Source: an uncultured delta proteobacterium
Lineage (GTDB): Bacteria; Myxococcota; Myxococcia; Myxococcales; 40CM-4-68-19
Length of the DNA stretch: 64,000 bases
Assembly (NCBI GenBank): GCA_903911145.1
Contig: CAIWCD010000013.1
Location: 248,001-312,000, forward strand
Reading direction: 5' to 3'
Shown: piece by piece, positions 47,949 to 57,557 of the stretch
Numbering within the stretch: position 1 is the first letter of the stretch
How the letters are laid out: each line of letters begins with the position of its first letter
Notes under the pieces: generated by a model
The model's input: the letters and a program-made list of their open reading frames with translations, nothing else
Told to the model about the DNA's origin: nothing
Database searches by the model: none
Position numbers and translations under genes: made by a program

Positions 47949-49277
47949 TTAATCAGGAAGTATGCCGCGCGCTTCGAGTTCGCGGATGATGGGACGGAAC
48001 TCGCCCTTCGCCTTGAGCAGGCGGAGATCCTGCGCAAGCCCTGCGACGGCGCGATAGAACATCAACGCTTCCGGCGGCGGCTTGATTCGCAACGTCATCC
48101 GCGCCTCGCGCTGAAACAGCGCGCGGGTCTGCTGGAAAATCGGATCGCTGCCGAAGTCATAGACCCCTTCGGTCCGAATCGGCTTCTCGACGAGATCAGC
48201 GATCTGCTCGCAGAACTCGTACGCCTCGTCTTCGTCACCGAGGAAACGGAAGCCCGCCTCTTTCAACCCTGGTCCGACCTCGGGGCGCATGCGTCCATTG
48301 GCGTGCGCGGAGAGGAAGCCGCGATAGACCGAAGCGAACTTTTCCGACAGGAGTCTCGTCGCGCCGAAATCGAGCACTCCCAATCGACCATCGGGGAGGA
48401 TGAGGAAGTTACCGGGGTGCGGATCGACGTGAATGAAGCGCGCCGCATAGAACGGCCCCCAGATTGCGAATATCATCAACCGGGCAATTCGATATCTCTC
48501 TGCCTCGCTGGGATTGGTTTCAATCACGTCCATCAGGCTCGGAGCATAGAGCCGCGTCAGCGTTAATACCTTATGCGATGAAAGCTCGGGAATCGACCGA
48601 GGCACAACCAGTTCAGGATAGTTGGCTGCGGCGCGAGCATATGCAATTCCCTGCTTCGCCTCGGCGAGATAATCGAGTTCGCCGAGAAGCGAATGGCGCG
48701 CCTCTTCGTAATAAGGCCGCGCGTCGACCGAATCACCGCCGAGCGCAATTCCGCGCACGACGGTGCCCGCATTGGCCATATCGCTCTCCAATGCCTTATC
48801 CACGCCGGGGTATTGAATCTTGACGACAACCTCGTCGCCGCCGAGCGCGTCGGGGAGCTTGGCCGAATGCACCTGTCCCAATGACGCCGCCGCGATCGGC
48901 TCGCGGTCAAAGCGCGCGAAGAGCTCTTCGGGCGGCTTTCCGAGCTGTTCTTCGATGGCCTGCCGCACGCGCTCATAGGGCATGCGCTCTGGCGCTTGCG
49001 AGAGCAACTTGGCGACGATGCGGCGTGCGTCCGGAGGCAACGCATCGGGGTCCATCGCGAGCGCCTGGCCAAGCTTGAGCGCAGCCCCTTTCATTTCACC
49101 GAGCGTTCCGAGAATACGCTCTGCAGCGCGGCTCATCTCGGGGTTTGAATCCTCATCGCCGCCAAGCGTGCGGCGCGCCTTGCCCGCGAGCAGATCCCCC
49201 GTAGTGCGCGCCGTCAACCAGGCCACGCGCGAGAGGCGCTTGAGCCGGCCGGACTTGACGTGATCATCGTCGCTCAT
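47949..49277 (-). CDS. ABC1/UbiB (Coq8-like) atypical kinase, no obvious C-terminal TM
   Basis: KGAALKLGQ, AAASLGQVH, VKIQYPG, ELDY, DPHPGN, LDFG. Confidence 0.9.
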   Translation of the reverse strand: MSDDDHVKSGRLKRLSRVAWLTARTTGDLLAGKARRTLGGDEDSNPEMSRAAERILGTLGEMKGAALKLGQALAMDPDALPPDARRIVAKLLSQAPERMPYERVRQAIEEQLGKPPEELFARFDREPIAAASLGQVHSAKLPDALGGDEVVVKIQYPGVDKALESDMANAGTVVRGIALGGDSVDARPYYEEARHSLLGELDYLAEAKQGIAYARAAANYPELVVPRSIPELSSHKVLTLTRLYAPSLMDVIETNPSEAERYRIARLMIFAIWGPFYAARFIHVDPHPGNFLILPDGRLGVLDFGATRLLSEKFASVYRGFLSAHANGRMRPEVGPGLKEAGFRFLGDEDEAYEFCEQIADLVEKPIRTEGVYDFGSDPIFQQTRALFQREARMTLRIKPPPEALMFYRAVAGLAQDLRLLKAKGEFRPIIRELEARGILPD

Positions 49278-49325
49278 CCGTTGATGCCTATCGGCCGACG
49301 ATGCGCGACGCCATCGAGATATCCA

Positions 49326-50672
49326 CTAATAGAGATATCGAAGCATCGCGCCGAAGGAGAAGAGCGTCCCACCGTAGGAATAGTTTCCCGTCGGATCGAT
49401 CGCCTGCGCCTTCACGGTATCGCGCGAATTGGCAACCATCAGCGCCATACCCAGATCGAAGTGGACCGGCTCGGTAAAGACCCGCAGCGGGTCCTGGAAC
49501 GTCGCGGTTGCGCCAGCGGAGAAGTTCTCGGTGAAGTTATCCAGATAGTTCGTCGCACCGACCTGATCCGGAGTCACCGCCGGTCGGACATAAGCGCCAC
49601 CGCGAATGGTGAGCCAATCGGTCGCGACATATTCGAGGCCAACGCGCGGCACGAAGATATTGCTGAAAGCCATCGGCGCGTCGTTCGCCGAGAAGCCGAG
49701 AATGCTCGAGAGGCCAAGCCCATCAAGCACCGCCCCGCTCGGGCTGATCTGCACATAGACCTGATCGTTCGGCGCCGAACTCCAGAGCAGGTAATCGAGC
49801 TGGAGAGAGAGAAGAAGCCGATTGGTCGCCTTGATGGTGGTACCGAGAGAGAACACGTGCGGCCAATACTGCGCATATCCCGCAACATTCAGGACCAGCT
49901 TGCCAATGCTGCCGAGGTCGATGGTCGTCGGCTGCGTATAGTACAGCACCGATTCGTCGCGCCAGGAGAGGCCGATCTTAATCCAATCGGTCGGCTCGAC
50001 GAGGATACCAACGATGGGCTTGATCTGCGTATTGAGCGCGACGTTGATATCGCGCGAATTAAAGCGGCGCGCGGCAAGATCGATGGAGAAGTCGACAGTG
50101 GCGATCTGCTCGGCGATCACCTGCGCACCCACGCCAATGCTCAAGCCATCAACGATCTTGACCGCCAACGACGACGCGACAACGAAGCGCTGCGGCTTGC
50201 TCTGATACATATAGAACTGCGGATGCGATTGATCGACCGTCTGCATACGCAGGAGCGCGCCGAATGGATGGCCGAGCGTGAGCCCAATCGCGACGCGGTC
50301 CTTGAAGATCGCGCCACCGAGAGGGAAGATCAGCGCGAGTTCAAAGCGCGGCGCGTTGTCCGACGTCGATGGTGCTATCGACGACGTGCTCCCTGGCGCG
50401 CGCGAGATGTTCAGGTTGATGATGGTATCGTTGAAGCCGATACCAAATTCAGTCTTGGTATGCCCGATCATTCCGGCGGGGTTATAGAAAATCGAGGAGA
50501 GATCGTCCCCGGCGGCAACGCTCGCGCCTGACATGGCGATCGAGCGCGGGGTGAATCCGAACAACTCATAGGGGTTCGCGCGGGCGGGGCCAGAACCGAG
50601 CGCGAAGAGCGAACCGAATACCGCGAGCAATCGCACAGCAGCGCCGGAAAGGATCTTCCTCGAGGGGATCAT
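49326..50672 (-). CDS. FadL/OmpP1-family outer-membrane transporter
   Basis: Signal peptide ending PARA; RSIAMSGA...IFYNPAG hatch motif; barrel strands; aromatic C-terminus MLRYLY. Confidence 0.82.
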   Translation of the reverse strand: MIPSRKILSGAAVRLLAVFGSLFALGSGPARANPYELFGFTPRSIAMSGASVAAGDDLSSIFYNPAGMIGHTKTEFGIGFNDTIINLNISRAPGSTSSIAPSTSDNAPRFELALIFPLGGAIFKDRVAIGLTLGHPFGALLRMQTVDQSHPQFYMYQSKPQRFVVASSLAVKIVDGLSIGVGAQVIAEQIATVDFSIDLAARRFNSRDINVALNTQIKPIVGILVEPTDWIKIGLSWRDESVLYYTQPTTIDLGSIGKLVLNVAGYAQYWPHVFSLGTTIKATNRLLLSLQLDYLLWSSAPNDQVYVQISPSGAVLDGLGLSSILGFSANDAPMAFSNIFVPRVGLEYVATDWLTIRGGAYVRPAVTPDQVGATNYLDNFTENFSAGATATFQDPLRVFTEPVHFDLGMALMVANSRDTVKAQAIDPTGNYSYGGTLFSFGAMLRYLY

Positions 50673-50725
50673 TGGAGTCAGTTCTCGCAAAGAGAGAGCA
50701 GCAAGTGAACGAATTGAAGCGCGCA

Positions 50726-52330
50726 TTAATGGTCAACCGCGGAGTGGGGCGGCGAACAGCTGTAGAGAAGATCCTGCAGCAGGCCGAGGATTTCGCCGAG
50801 GACCTGGTGCTGCACGAGCGACGCGAGAGGCGGAATCAATTCCTGTCCGACCTGTGGCGTCAGCGCCTGGGCCAGCAATTGGCGCAGCGCCTCGGTTGCA
50901 TTCGCGTCCGCCGCGAGAGCCTGGATCACCATCCGCAACGTCCGCACGCCCTGCCCGGTGGTATCGAGCGAAACGATCTGCTGCACGGCGCCGAGGAGGG
51001 TATTCAAGTTAATCCCGCTGCCCCCTGAGGTGCTTAAGGAGACGAGGTCGTAGAGCGCCCCAACCAGATTTCCCTTCGGATCGACAAACGAGAGACACCA
51101 GAGCAGACCGGTCTGCTGCGAGGCATTGGTGATATCGATGAAGATCCCCGCATCGGGCCCGAGCACGCCGCCGCCCATCACGGAGTCGTTCGGCACCGAG
51201 CAGGTTCCGACGCCATTGGGATCAGCGCAGCCGAGATCAACCAGCAGCGTGCGGACCTCGGCCTTGAATGAGTCGCTGAAGCTGGTCGACCTATAGACGA
51301 GCGAGACGAGCAGATTGTCGATTGAGGAGAGCGCGTCCGCGCCGCTCGTCGCGGCCTGGATTCCCGGAAGGAACGTGAGCAGCAGCGTCACGACCGCTTT
51401 GCGACGACCCGCCGGATCGCTGACGTTTCCACCCAGCGCCAGCAGCAGGCTCTCGGTGGTCGAATCGGAAAGCACGGCATTGAGATCGCCGATCAGCTTA
51501 TTCGCGCGCGGCGGCGTGAGATACGCGAGCAGCTTATCGAGAAGATCATAGGTCACCGCGGGGTCGCAGACGCCCGGGTTCTGCGCCATCAACCCGAACG
51601 TCGTGAAGAGGTCGTAATGCGGCGCCGGATGCGGATCTGTCGAGCTCGCCGCATAGTTGCCCTGCACATAATTGAGCAGCGCGACGAGCACCGACGTGAC
51701 CTGGGGATTGTTCAGCAGCTGGTTTCCGCCATTCTGATTGAGGAGGAAATCGAGCGTCCGGCGCAGCTCGCAGAGCGAGTTTCGCTGCGACGCAGGGAGC
51801 GCGGATGCAGTAATCGCGTCGACGCACTTCGAGGGAGCCACGGCACCAGGCTCGGGGGGTGCGCTCGGATTCGACACTGCCGCGAGACCGGTGAAGAGCG
51901 TCTCGAGCAGGTCGCCGAGCGGGCTGTATTCGTGCTGGCAGGGACAGAGGCTTGTGCTGGTATCGCAGACGCCGATCGCGCAGACCGTGTCTGCCGTGCA
52001 GTGTCGCGACGAGACGGTATCCGCGCAGGTCGGCTGGCCGATCTGCGTGACGGCCTCCTGGATACCGGCAAGCTGTCCGCCGTCGAGGAGGGCAAAGAAT
52101 TCGGGCATCACCTGCGTGACGTCGCTGCACGCATTCGGTCCGCCGTCCGTCGCTTGCGGTGCGGCCTCTCCCTCGGCGCCGCAGAAGATGCTCGCGAACG
52201 CGCTGCCATTGGCTTCCATGCTCTTGCATTGCGCGGTTCCACACGCAGAGAGCGTCGGGAGAAGGATTGCAGCCAGCGCGGCAACGAGAGGGCGCGCGGG
52301 CAATATGAAGGGACGCGTCGGGCTATGCAT
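50726..52330 (-). CDS. Hypothetical Leu-rich helical lipoprotein with Cys clusters
   Basis: GGAG SD; LLPTLSAC lipobox; amphipathic helices. Confidence 0.72.
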   Translation of the reverse strand: MHSPTRPFILPARPLVAALAAILLPTLSACGTAQCKSMEANGSAFASIFCGAEGEAAPQATDGGPNACSDVTQVMPEFFALLDGGQLAGIQEAVTQIGQPTCADTVSSRHCTADTVCAIGVCDTSTSLCPCQHEYSPLGDLLETLFTGLAAVSNPSAPPEPGAVAPSKCVDAITASALPASQRNSLCELRRTLDFLLNQNGGNQLLNNPQVTSVLVALLNYVQGNYAASSTDPHPAPHYDLFTTFGLMAQNPGVCDPAVTYDLLDKLLAYLTPPRANKLIGDLNAVLSDSTTESLLLALGGNVSDPAGRRKAVVTLLLTFLPGIQAATSGADALSSIDNLLVSLVYRSTSFSDSFKAEVRTLLVDLGCADPNGVGTCSVPNDSVMGGGVLGPDAGIFIDITNASQQTGLLWCLSFVDPKGNLVGALYDLVSLSTSGGSGINLNTLLGAVQQIVSLDTTGQGVRTLRMVIQALAADANATEALRQLLAQALTPQVGQELIPPLASLVQHQVLGEILGLLQDLLYSCSPPHSAVDH

Positions 52331-52432
52331 ATTCTCCACTGTAGCAAGGAGCGCGCGAGGGATGGAGTAATCAATCGCGAGAAAAAGACAACGCAGCGCG
52401 GTGCGCAAGAAGTTGCGGGATGAAGCCTCGCG

Positions 52433-53440
52433 ATGGACTGTGCGCGGATGCCTGATGATGGTGCGCGCAGCACGAATGCGGTCGGTCTCGGCGTCGGCGC
52501 GGCTCTGCTTGGCTACGCGATGCTCGCGGTCGGATTCATCTGCATCGGGATCCCGTCGCAGACCACAGACAACGTCGGGGGACTATGGATCACCGAGGCG
52601 ATGGCGATCGCGCTGCCGGCGCTGATCTGGGTCCGGGCTTCTGGCACATCGTTCCAGACCGCTCTGGGCCTGCGTCTGCCGCGCGCGCGGTGGTTTGGAA
52701 TCGCCGCGCTTACGGCCATCGTCAACCAGCCCGTGGTCTCGATGCTGACATTCATCGCGCAGTCGACGCTGCCGCGCGCCTGGGTCGTCGCTTTCGAAGT
52801 GAAGAACTTGGGCATCGATACGATCTTTACAGCCCATCCCTATTCGATGCTCGCCGCCGTCGCGCTCTCCGCGCCGCTTGGCGAAGAGATCTTCTTCCGC
52901 GGATTCGCCCTGCCCGCCTGCGCGAATTCAATGAAGCCGCTCTTCGCCGCGCTGCTTACGGCAATCCTCTTCTCGGCGATGCACGCTGATCCGGTCGGCG
53001 CGCTCGGCCTCTTCGAGATCGGCTTCTGGCTCGCGGTGCTGCGTTGGGGCTCGGGCTCCATCTTCCCTGCGATGCTCGGCCACGCGGTCAACAATGCGAT
53101 CGCGGGTGTCTGGTTTCTGCTCGGATTGCAGAGCGCGAATCGCGCGCCGCCGGAGTGGGCGACCTCGCTCGGCATCGACAATCCGGACGCACCGCCGCCA
53201 ACGTGGGTAATCGCGAGCGGAGCCGTGCTGCTGATCTGCGGCGCGCTGCTCGCCGCGAAGGTCTTCTCGAGTCCGTCGCCAACTCGAGACGAGAACGAGG
53301 GCGGCGCGTCACCAGGCGGAAGCGCGAGCGCGCAGATTCAGCATTCGCGCGCGCTCCCGCTCTGGCTCCTCTGGGGAGCTGCGATGATCCCAGGCGTTGC
53401 CTGGCTCTACATCCATCGGGCGGCGCTCCTCCACGGCTGA
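52433..53440 (+). CDS. CPBP/Abi intramembrane protease (second copy)
   Basis: EEIFFRG, FSAMH, HAVNN; multiple TM segments. Confidence 0.88.
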   Translation: MDCARMPDDGARSTNAVGLGVGAALLGYAMLAVGFICIGIPSQTTDNVGGLWITEAMAIALPALIWVRASGTSFQTALGLRLPRARWFGIAALTAIVNQPVVSMLTFIAQSTLPRAWVVAFEVKNLGIDTIFTAHPYSMLAAVALSAPLGEEIFFRGFALPACANSMKPLFAALLTAILFSAMHADPVGALGLFEIGFWLAVLRWGSGSIFPAMLGHAVNNAIAGVWFLLGLQSANRAPPEWATSLGIDNPDAPPPTWVIASGAVLLICGALLAAKVFSSPSPTRDENEGGASPGGSASAQIQHSRALPLWLLWGAAMIPGVAWLYIHRAALLHG

Positions 53441-53513
53441 ATCAGCTCGCGAAGCGCGGCTCAGCTTCACCGTGCCGCGCTGAGCCCGAAGGCTCGACGA
53501 CCACCGCCGCGGA

Positions 53514-55535
53514 CTAGTTGCCCGTGCAGGGGCCGCTGCCACCGCTGACCGCAGAGGTGGAACCCGCCGACGAGGAGAACTGGGTCGCCGAGGCGGAGAC
53601 GGTGACATCTGCCGCATTCCACGCCTGTCCAACCGCCATGCCGTTGGTGAGCGTGTAGGTCTTGGAGAGCGTGCCATTGAAGTAGACGTTCACCGTCGGG
53701 ACGACCGTCCCGCAGGTCGCGCCGCCGCCGCTCGAGTCGGCCGCGAAGTAGTAGACCCAGACCTGGTACGAGCCATTGCTCGGCGATGCGTGCGTGACGT
53801 TCTCGGGGCCGTAGCCATCGAGGTCGTCGTGATCGAGCGTCGCGCCCCACGTCGTGGCCGTGTTGTAATAGGCGCAGTCGTTGCCACCGACCACGGAAGT
53901 GCACGAGCCGGTGCTGCCGCCCGGCGAGTTTGCATAGTGCAGGTCGAGATCTCCGCAGGCGGTATTCCAGACCAGCTCGATGTGAACTGCGCCCTTGGAA
54001 GCGACCGTGATCGTCGCGGTGGCGGTGCCGATGCATCCCGACCCGTTCTTGACCGTGAGCGAAACTCCGTAGGCCCCCGAGACGAGCGCTTGGAACTGCG
54101 CCTGGACTCCCGTGAACGTTGATCCTCCGCCGACGAACGTCGCCGTCGAGCCGGTGGGCTGGCTGGTGAACGACCATGTGTAGGTCAGGCCGGTGCTCGG
54201 TGTGGAGCCAGCGCCGTTCAGCTTGATCCAGTCGAGCGGCACAACCGGGCTCGGCGTCGTGGCCGGAGAGAAGGTCGTGTACGTGCCGGTCTGGCTGCTG
54301 CTGTAGGAGGCCGAAATATTCGCGGTCGGATTCGTGCTGCCCGTCGTACCGCACGCGCCCGCAAGACCGTTGCCCGTGATCGGAACGCTGTCCTGGATCG
54401 CGTTGGTCCCGACCGCGAGCATGTAATCGATCGACGCCTTGTCGTTCTGGATGACCGTCGGCGAGTAGGTGATGCTGAGCGTGAACGTCGATCCGACCGC
54501 GAACGTCGAGGGGGCCGTCGGAAGCGAGCCTGACGTGATCGCGAACTGGCTCGTCGTCGGCGAGTACGGCGCGAACGTGAACTGGTTGATCGTGAAATCG
54601 GTGCTGCCGCAGTTCTTGAACGTGATCTGCTTGGTCAGCGACTGCCCGAGGGTAACGCCGCCGAAGGCGAGACCGGCAGAGGGGTCGACGCAGAGCTGCC
54701 AGCCCGCGACGAAGACCTGGAGCGGGACCGCCAACTGTGGCGAGAGCAGGTCGTTCGAGAGAATGTCGAGTTCGCCGTTGATCGTGCCATTCGTGGTCGG
54801 CTTCGCCGTGAGCGTGAGGTCAGCCGTTGCGCCCGGTGCGAGCGTGCCGCCGGGAATCGTGCCCGAGAGCGAGAAGACCGACGGAGTTCCAACCGTGCTC
54901 GAGATCGCCGGCTGCGGACTGACCGTCAGCGCCGCGGTGCCATTGTTCAGCACGCGCAACGTCCGCGTCGAAGTCTGGCCGGGAAGGCCCGTGCCGAAGT
55001 TGACCGTCGGAATCTTGTTCGGAAGCGTTGAGCAGGCGGCGGGATCGACCGCGCCAGCGGCGGTCAGGACGCAAACCTGGAGGATCGGCGAGGCCGCGTT
55101 GCCCGTCACCGGCAGCGTCACGATCGGGTTCTGCAGATCGTTCGAGGCGACCGCGACGGCGCCAGCTGCGGTCTCCGCGGCGGTCGGGGACCAGGTGACA
55201 TTAAAGCGCGCGCACTCGCCAGGAGAGAGCGTCGTGCCTCCCGAGCGGGGCTGATCGTTGCAGTCAGTGGTGAGCAGGTCGGAGACAGAGAGGTCGCTGT
55301 TCGGGTTTTCCGAGACCGTGATGGAGCCGACGATGAGCGGCGCGCTGCCCGTGTTGGAGACGCTGACCCGGATCTGCTGCGGCGAACCGATGGTGACGGG
55401 CCCGAACGCGAGCTCCGACGGAGTCACCAGGATGGTTGCGCTGATGCCAAGCAGCTTGTCACCGCACCCGGTCGAGGCTGCCGCGACGGAGAAGGCTGCA
55501 ACGAGCAGAGCGAGACGCGAGGGGAGACGAACCAT
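53514..55535 (-). CDS. Surface lipoprotein with tandem Ig-like (ASH / choice-of-anchor D-like) domains, PKD-like domain and YfaP-like C-terminus
   Basis: STGC lipobox; three (L/V)xFG...N.G...L units; TYTWSF...SLTV; DLDLHY...LDHDDLDGYGPENV. Confidence 0.75.
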   Translation of the reverse strand: MVRLPSRLALLVAAFSVAAASTGCGDKLLGISATILVTPSELAFGPVTIGSPQQIRVSVSNTGSAPLIVGSITVSENPNSDLSVSDLLTTDCNDQPRSGGTTLSPGECARFNVTWSPTAAETAAGAVAVASNDLQNPIVTLPVTGNAASPILQVCVLTAAGAVDPAACSTLPNKIPTVNFGTGLPGQTSTRTLRVLNNGTAALTVSPQPAISSTVGTPSVFSLSGTIPGGTLAPGATADLTLTAKPTTNGTINGELDILSNDLLSPQLAVPLQVFVAGWQLCVDPSAGLAFGGVTLGQSLTKQITFKNCGSTDFTINQFTFAPYSPTTSQFAITSGSLPTAPSTFAVGSTFTLSITYSPTVIQNDKASIDYMLAVGTNAIQDSVPITGNGLAGACGTTGSTNPTANISASYSSSQTGTYTTFSPATTPSPVVPLDWIKLNGAGSTPSTGLTYTWSFTSQPTGSTATFVGGGSTFTGVQAQFQALVSGAYGVSLTVKNGSGCIGTATATITVASKGAVHIELVWNTACGDLDLHYANSPGGSTGSCTSVVGGNDCAYYNTATTWGATLDHDDLDGYGPENVTHASPSNGSYQVWVYYFAADSSGGGATCGTVVPTVNVYFNGTLSKTYTLTNGMAVGQAWNAADVTVSASATQFSSSAGSTSAVSGGSGPCTGN

Positions 55536-55704
55536 CGATGGCCTCCAGGGCCGTGAGAAGCGGCGACACGTCCGCGACGCTGGATGTTGTGCCCCAACGC
55601 AGCCGAAAGGGTGTCGGTCATTAGACCGAGGCGATAGTGGTGGACACGGGCCCGAAACAGACGCGCATCCTCTCCGGTCCTGTCGGTGCTAACCTCCCGC
55701 GCCC

Positions 55705-57435
55705 ATGATTCAAGCGGTGAAAGATCTGCAGCGGCTCCGCGATATCGCGCGGGTGGTGGCGCGCCACGGCTTCGGTGAGCTGCTCGACCGCGCACGCATC
55801 TGGGATGTGCTTGGGCGCCGCGAAGATGTCGCCGTGTCGCCCGAGGAGCAGCGCCGTTCGACCGCAGCGCGGTTTCGCGACCTGCTCGCCGAGTTGGGAC
55901 CGACGTTCATCAAGCTCGGCCAGATCCTCTCGTCCCGCCCCGATATCCTGCCTCCCGACTTCATCACCGAGCTGTCGACGCTGCAGGATGACGCGCCGGC
56001 GATGCCGTACGACGAGGTCGCCCGGCTGATCGAGCAGGGTCTCGGCAAGCCTGTCGCGCAGCTCTTTGCGTCGATCGATCCACAGCCGCTCGCCACAGCG
56101 TCGATCGCGCAGGTGCATCGTGCGCGCCTCTTGCCGCTGGTTCCGGGCGCACCGGGCGCTGAAGGAGAAGGCGCGTCGGTCGTCATCAAGGTGCAGCGCC
56201 CGGGGATCGAAGCGCAGATCAAGAGCGATACCGATCTGCTCTCTTACGTCGCGCGCTTTCTCGAGGGCGTCATCGAGGAGACCGGCATCTACACGCCGAG
56301 CGGCATCGTCAGCGAATTTCGCCAGGCGATGCTGACCGAGCTCGACTTTCACAACGAGGCCGACAACATCGACGAGTTCGCGAAGAACCATCGCGAGCGT
56401 CCCTATGTCGTCATCCCGCAGCTCCATCGCACGCTCTCCTGCAAGACGGTGATTACGCTTGGCGAGCTGGTGGGCGTGAAGCTCAGCGAAGTGCTCAAGG
56501 ACCCGGGCAACTCGCGGTGGGACCGCAAGCAGCTGGCGAAGAACATCATCGACGCGAGCTTCCACCAGCTCTTTACCGACGGGCTGTTCCACGGCGATCC
56601 GCACCCCGGGAATATGATCGTCCTCGAGGGGAATCGGCTCGGGTTGCTCGACTTCGGGCTGGTCGGACGGATGTCGAAGCAGATGCAGGAGTCGATCATC
56701 CTGCTCGTGCTCTCGATCAGCCTGCGTGACCCCGATACCGTTGCGCGCCTCTTATATAAAGTTGGTATCCCCGATCAGCGGATCAACCTGCACCAGTTCC
56801 GCACCGATATTCACGACATATTGGAGCGATATCTCGGATTGAAGATCTCCGAGGTCGATTCCAGCTCGCTGATGCGCGACTTGGTCGAGCTCGCGCTCAA
56901 GTACAAGATCAAGATCCCCAAAGAGTATGCCGTGCTCTCGAAGGCCTCGGCGACGACCGAGGGGACCATTCGTGTGCTCGACCCGGATCTCGATGTCGTG
57001 CAGGTCGCCCTGCCCTATGCCAAGCAGCTGCTCTTCGAACGATACAACCCGACCTCGATGTCCTCGAGTGGCTTGCGCGCGCTGCTGCATCTGCAGGGAT
57101 TAATCCAGGATACGCCGCAGCAGATATCGCAGATTCTAATGGATCTCGAGGGCGGGAAATTCTCGATCAGCATTAAAAACGATGAGCTGAGGAAGATTAA
57201 CGTCAACCTGAAGGCGTTGGGCGTGCTCGTCTTCATGGGCTCGATTTCGTCGGGGCTGATCATCGGCGCGTTCTCGCTCGCGGGGCGCACGGCGACTCCC
57301 GATGGTGCGACGAGCTGGCCTCCCGCAGCGGTGATTGGGCTCTCGATTGCGGCGATGCTCTTTGGCGCGGCGGTCGCGTGGACGCTGGTCGCGGGGCGGT
57401 TCAAGAAGTTGTCGGTTCGACGCTGGATGAAGTAG
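55705..57435 (+). CDS. ABC1/UbiB-family kinase with C-terminal TM helices
   Basis: LGPTFIKLGQILS, ATASIAQVH, VKVQRP-like IKVQRPG, ELDF, HGDPHPGN, LDFG. Confidence 0.92.
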   Translation: MIQAVKDLQRLRDIARVVARHGFGELLDRARIWDVLGRREDVAVSPEEQRRSTAARFRDLLAELGPTFIKLGQILSSRPDILPPDFITELSTLQDDAPAMPYDEVARLIEQGLGKPVAQLFASIDPQPLATASIAQVHRARLLPLVPGAPGAEGEGASVVIKVQRPGIEAQIKSDTDLLSYVARFLEGVIEETGIYTPSGIVSEFRQAMLTELDFHNEADNIDEFAKNHRERPYVVIPQLHRTLSCKTVITLGELVGVKLSEVLKDPGNSRWDRKQLAKNIIDASFHQLFTDGLFHGDPHPGNMIVLEGNRLGLLDFGLVGRMSKQMQESIILLVLSISLRDPDTVARLLYKVGIPDQRINLHQFRTDIHDILERYLGLKISEVDSSSLMRDLVELALKYKIKIPKEYAVLSKASATTEGTIRVLDPDLDVVQVALPYAKQLLFERYNPTSMSSSGLRALLHLQGLIQDTPQQISQILMDLEGGKFSISIKNDELRKINVNLKALGVLVFMGSISSGLIIGAFSLAGRTATPDGATSWPPAAVIGLSIAAMLFGAAVAWTLVAGRFKKLSVRRWMK

Positions 57436-57557
57436 GGGCGCGCCCGGCCGCTACACCCGATCGGCTGCGACAATCGAGTTTCTGGGTTAACCGGTCGATC
57501 AGGGCGCAGCTGGACTTAATCGGGCCAGCGGCGCCACTTTGGTTAACCAAGTGGGAT

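Noticed and set aside
47900..51000. Slightly more AT-rich codons suggesting horizontal transfer (also in acs and the Hsp70 region)
   Set aside because: Shift is mild, judged only by eye; no integrase, tRNA, direct repeats or transposase at the borders
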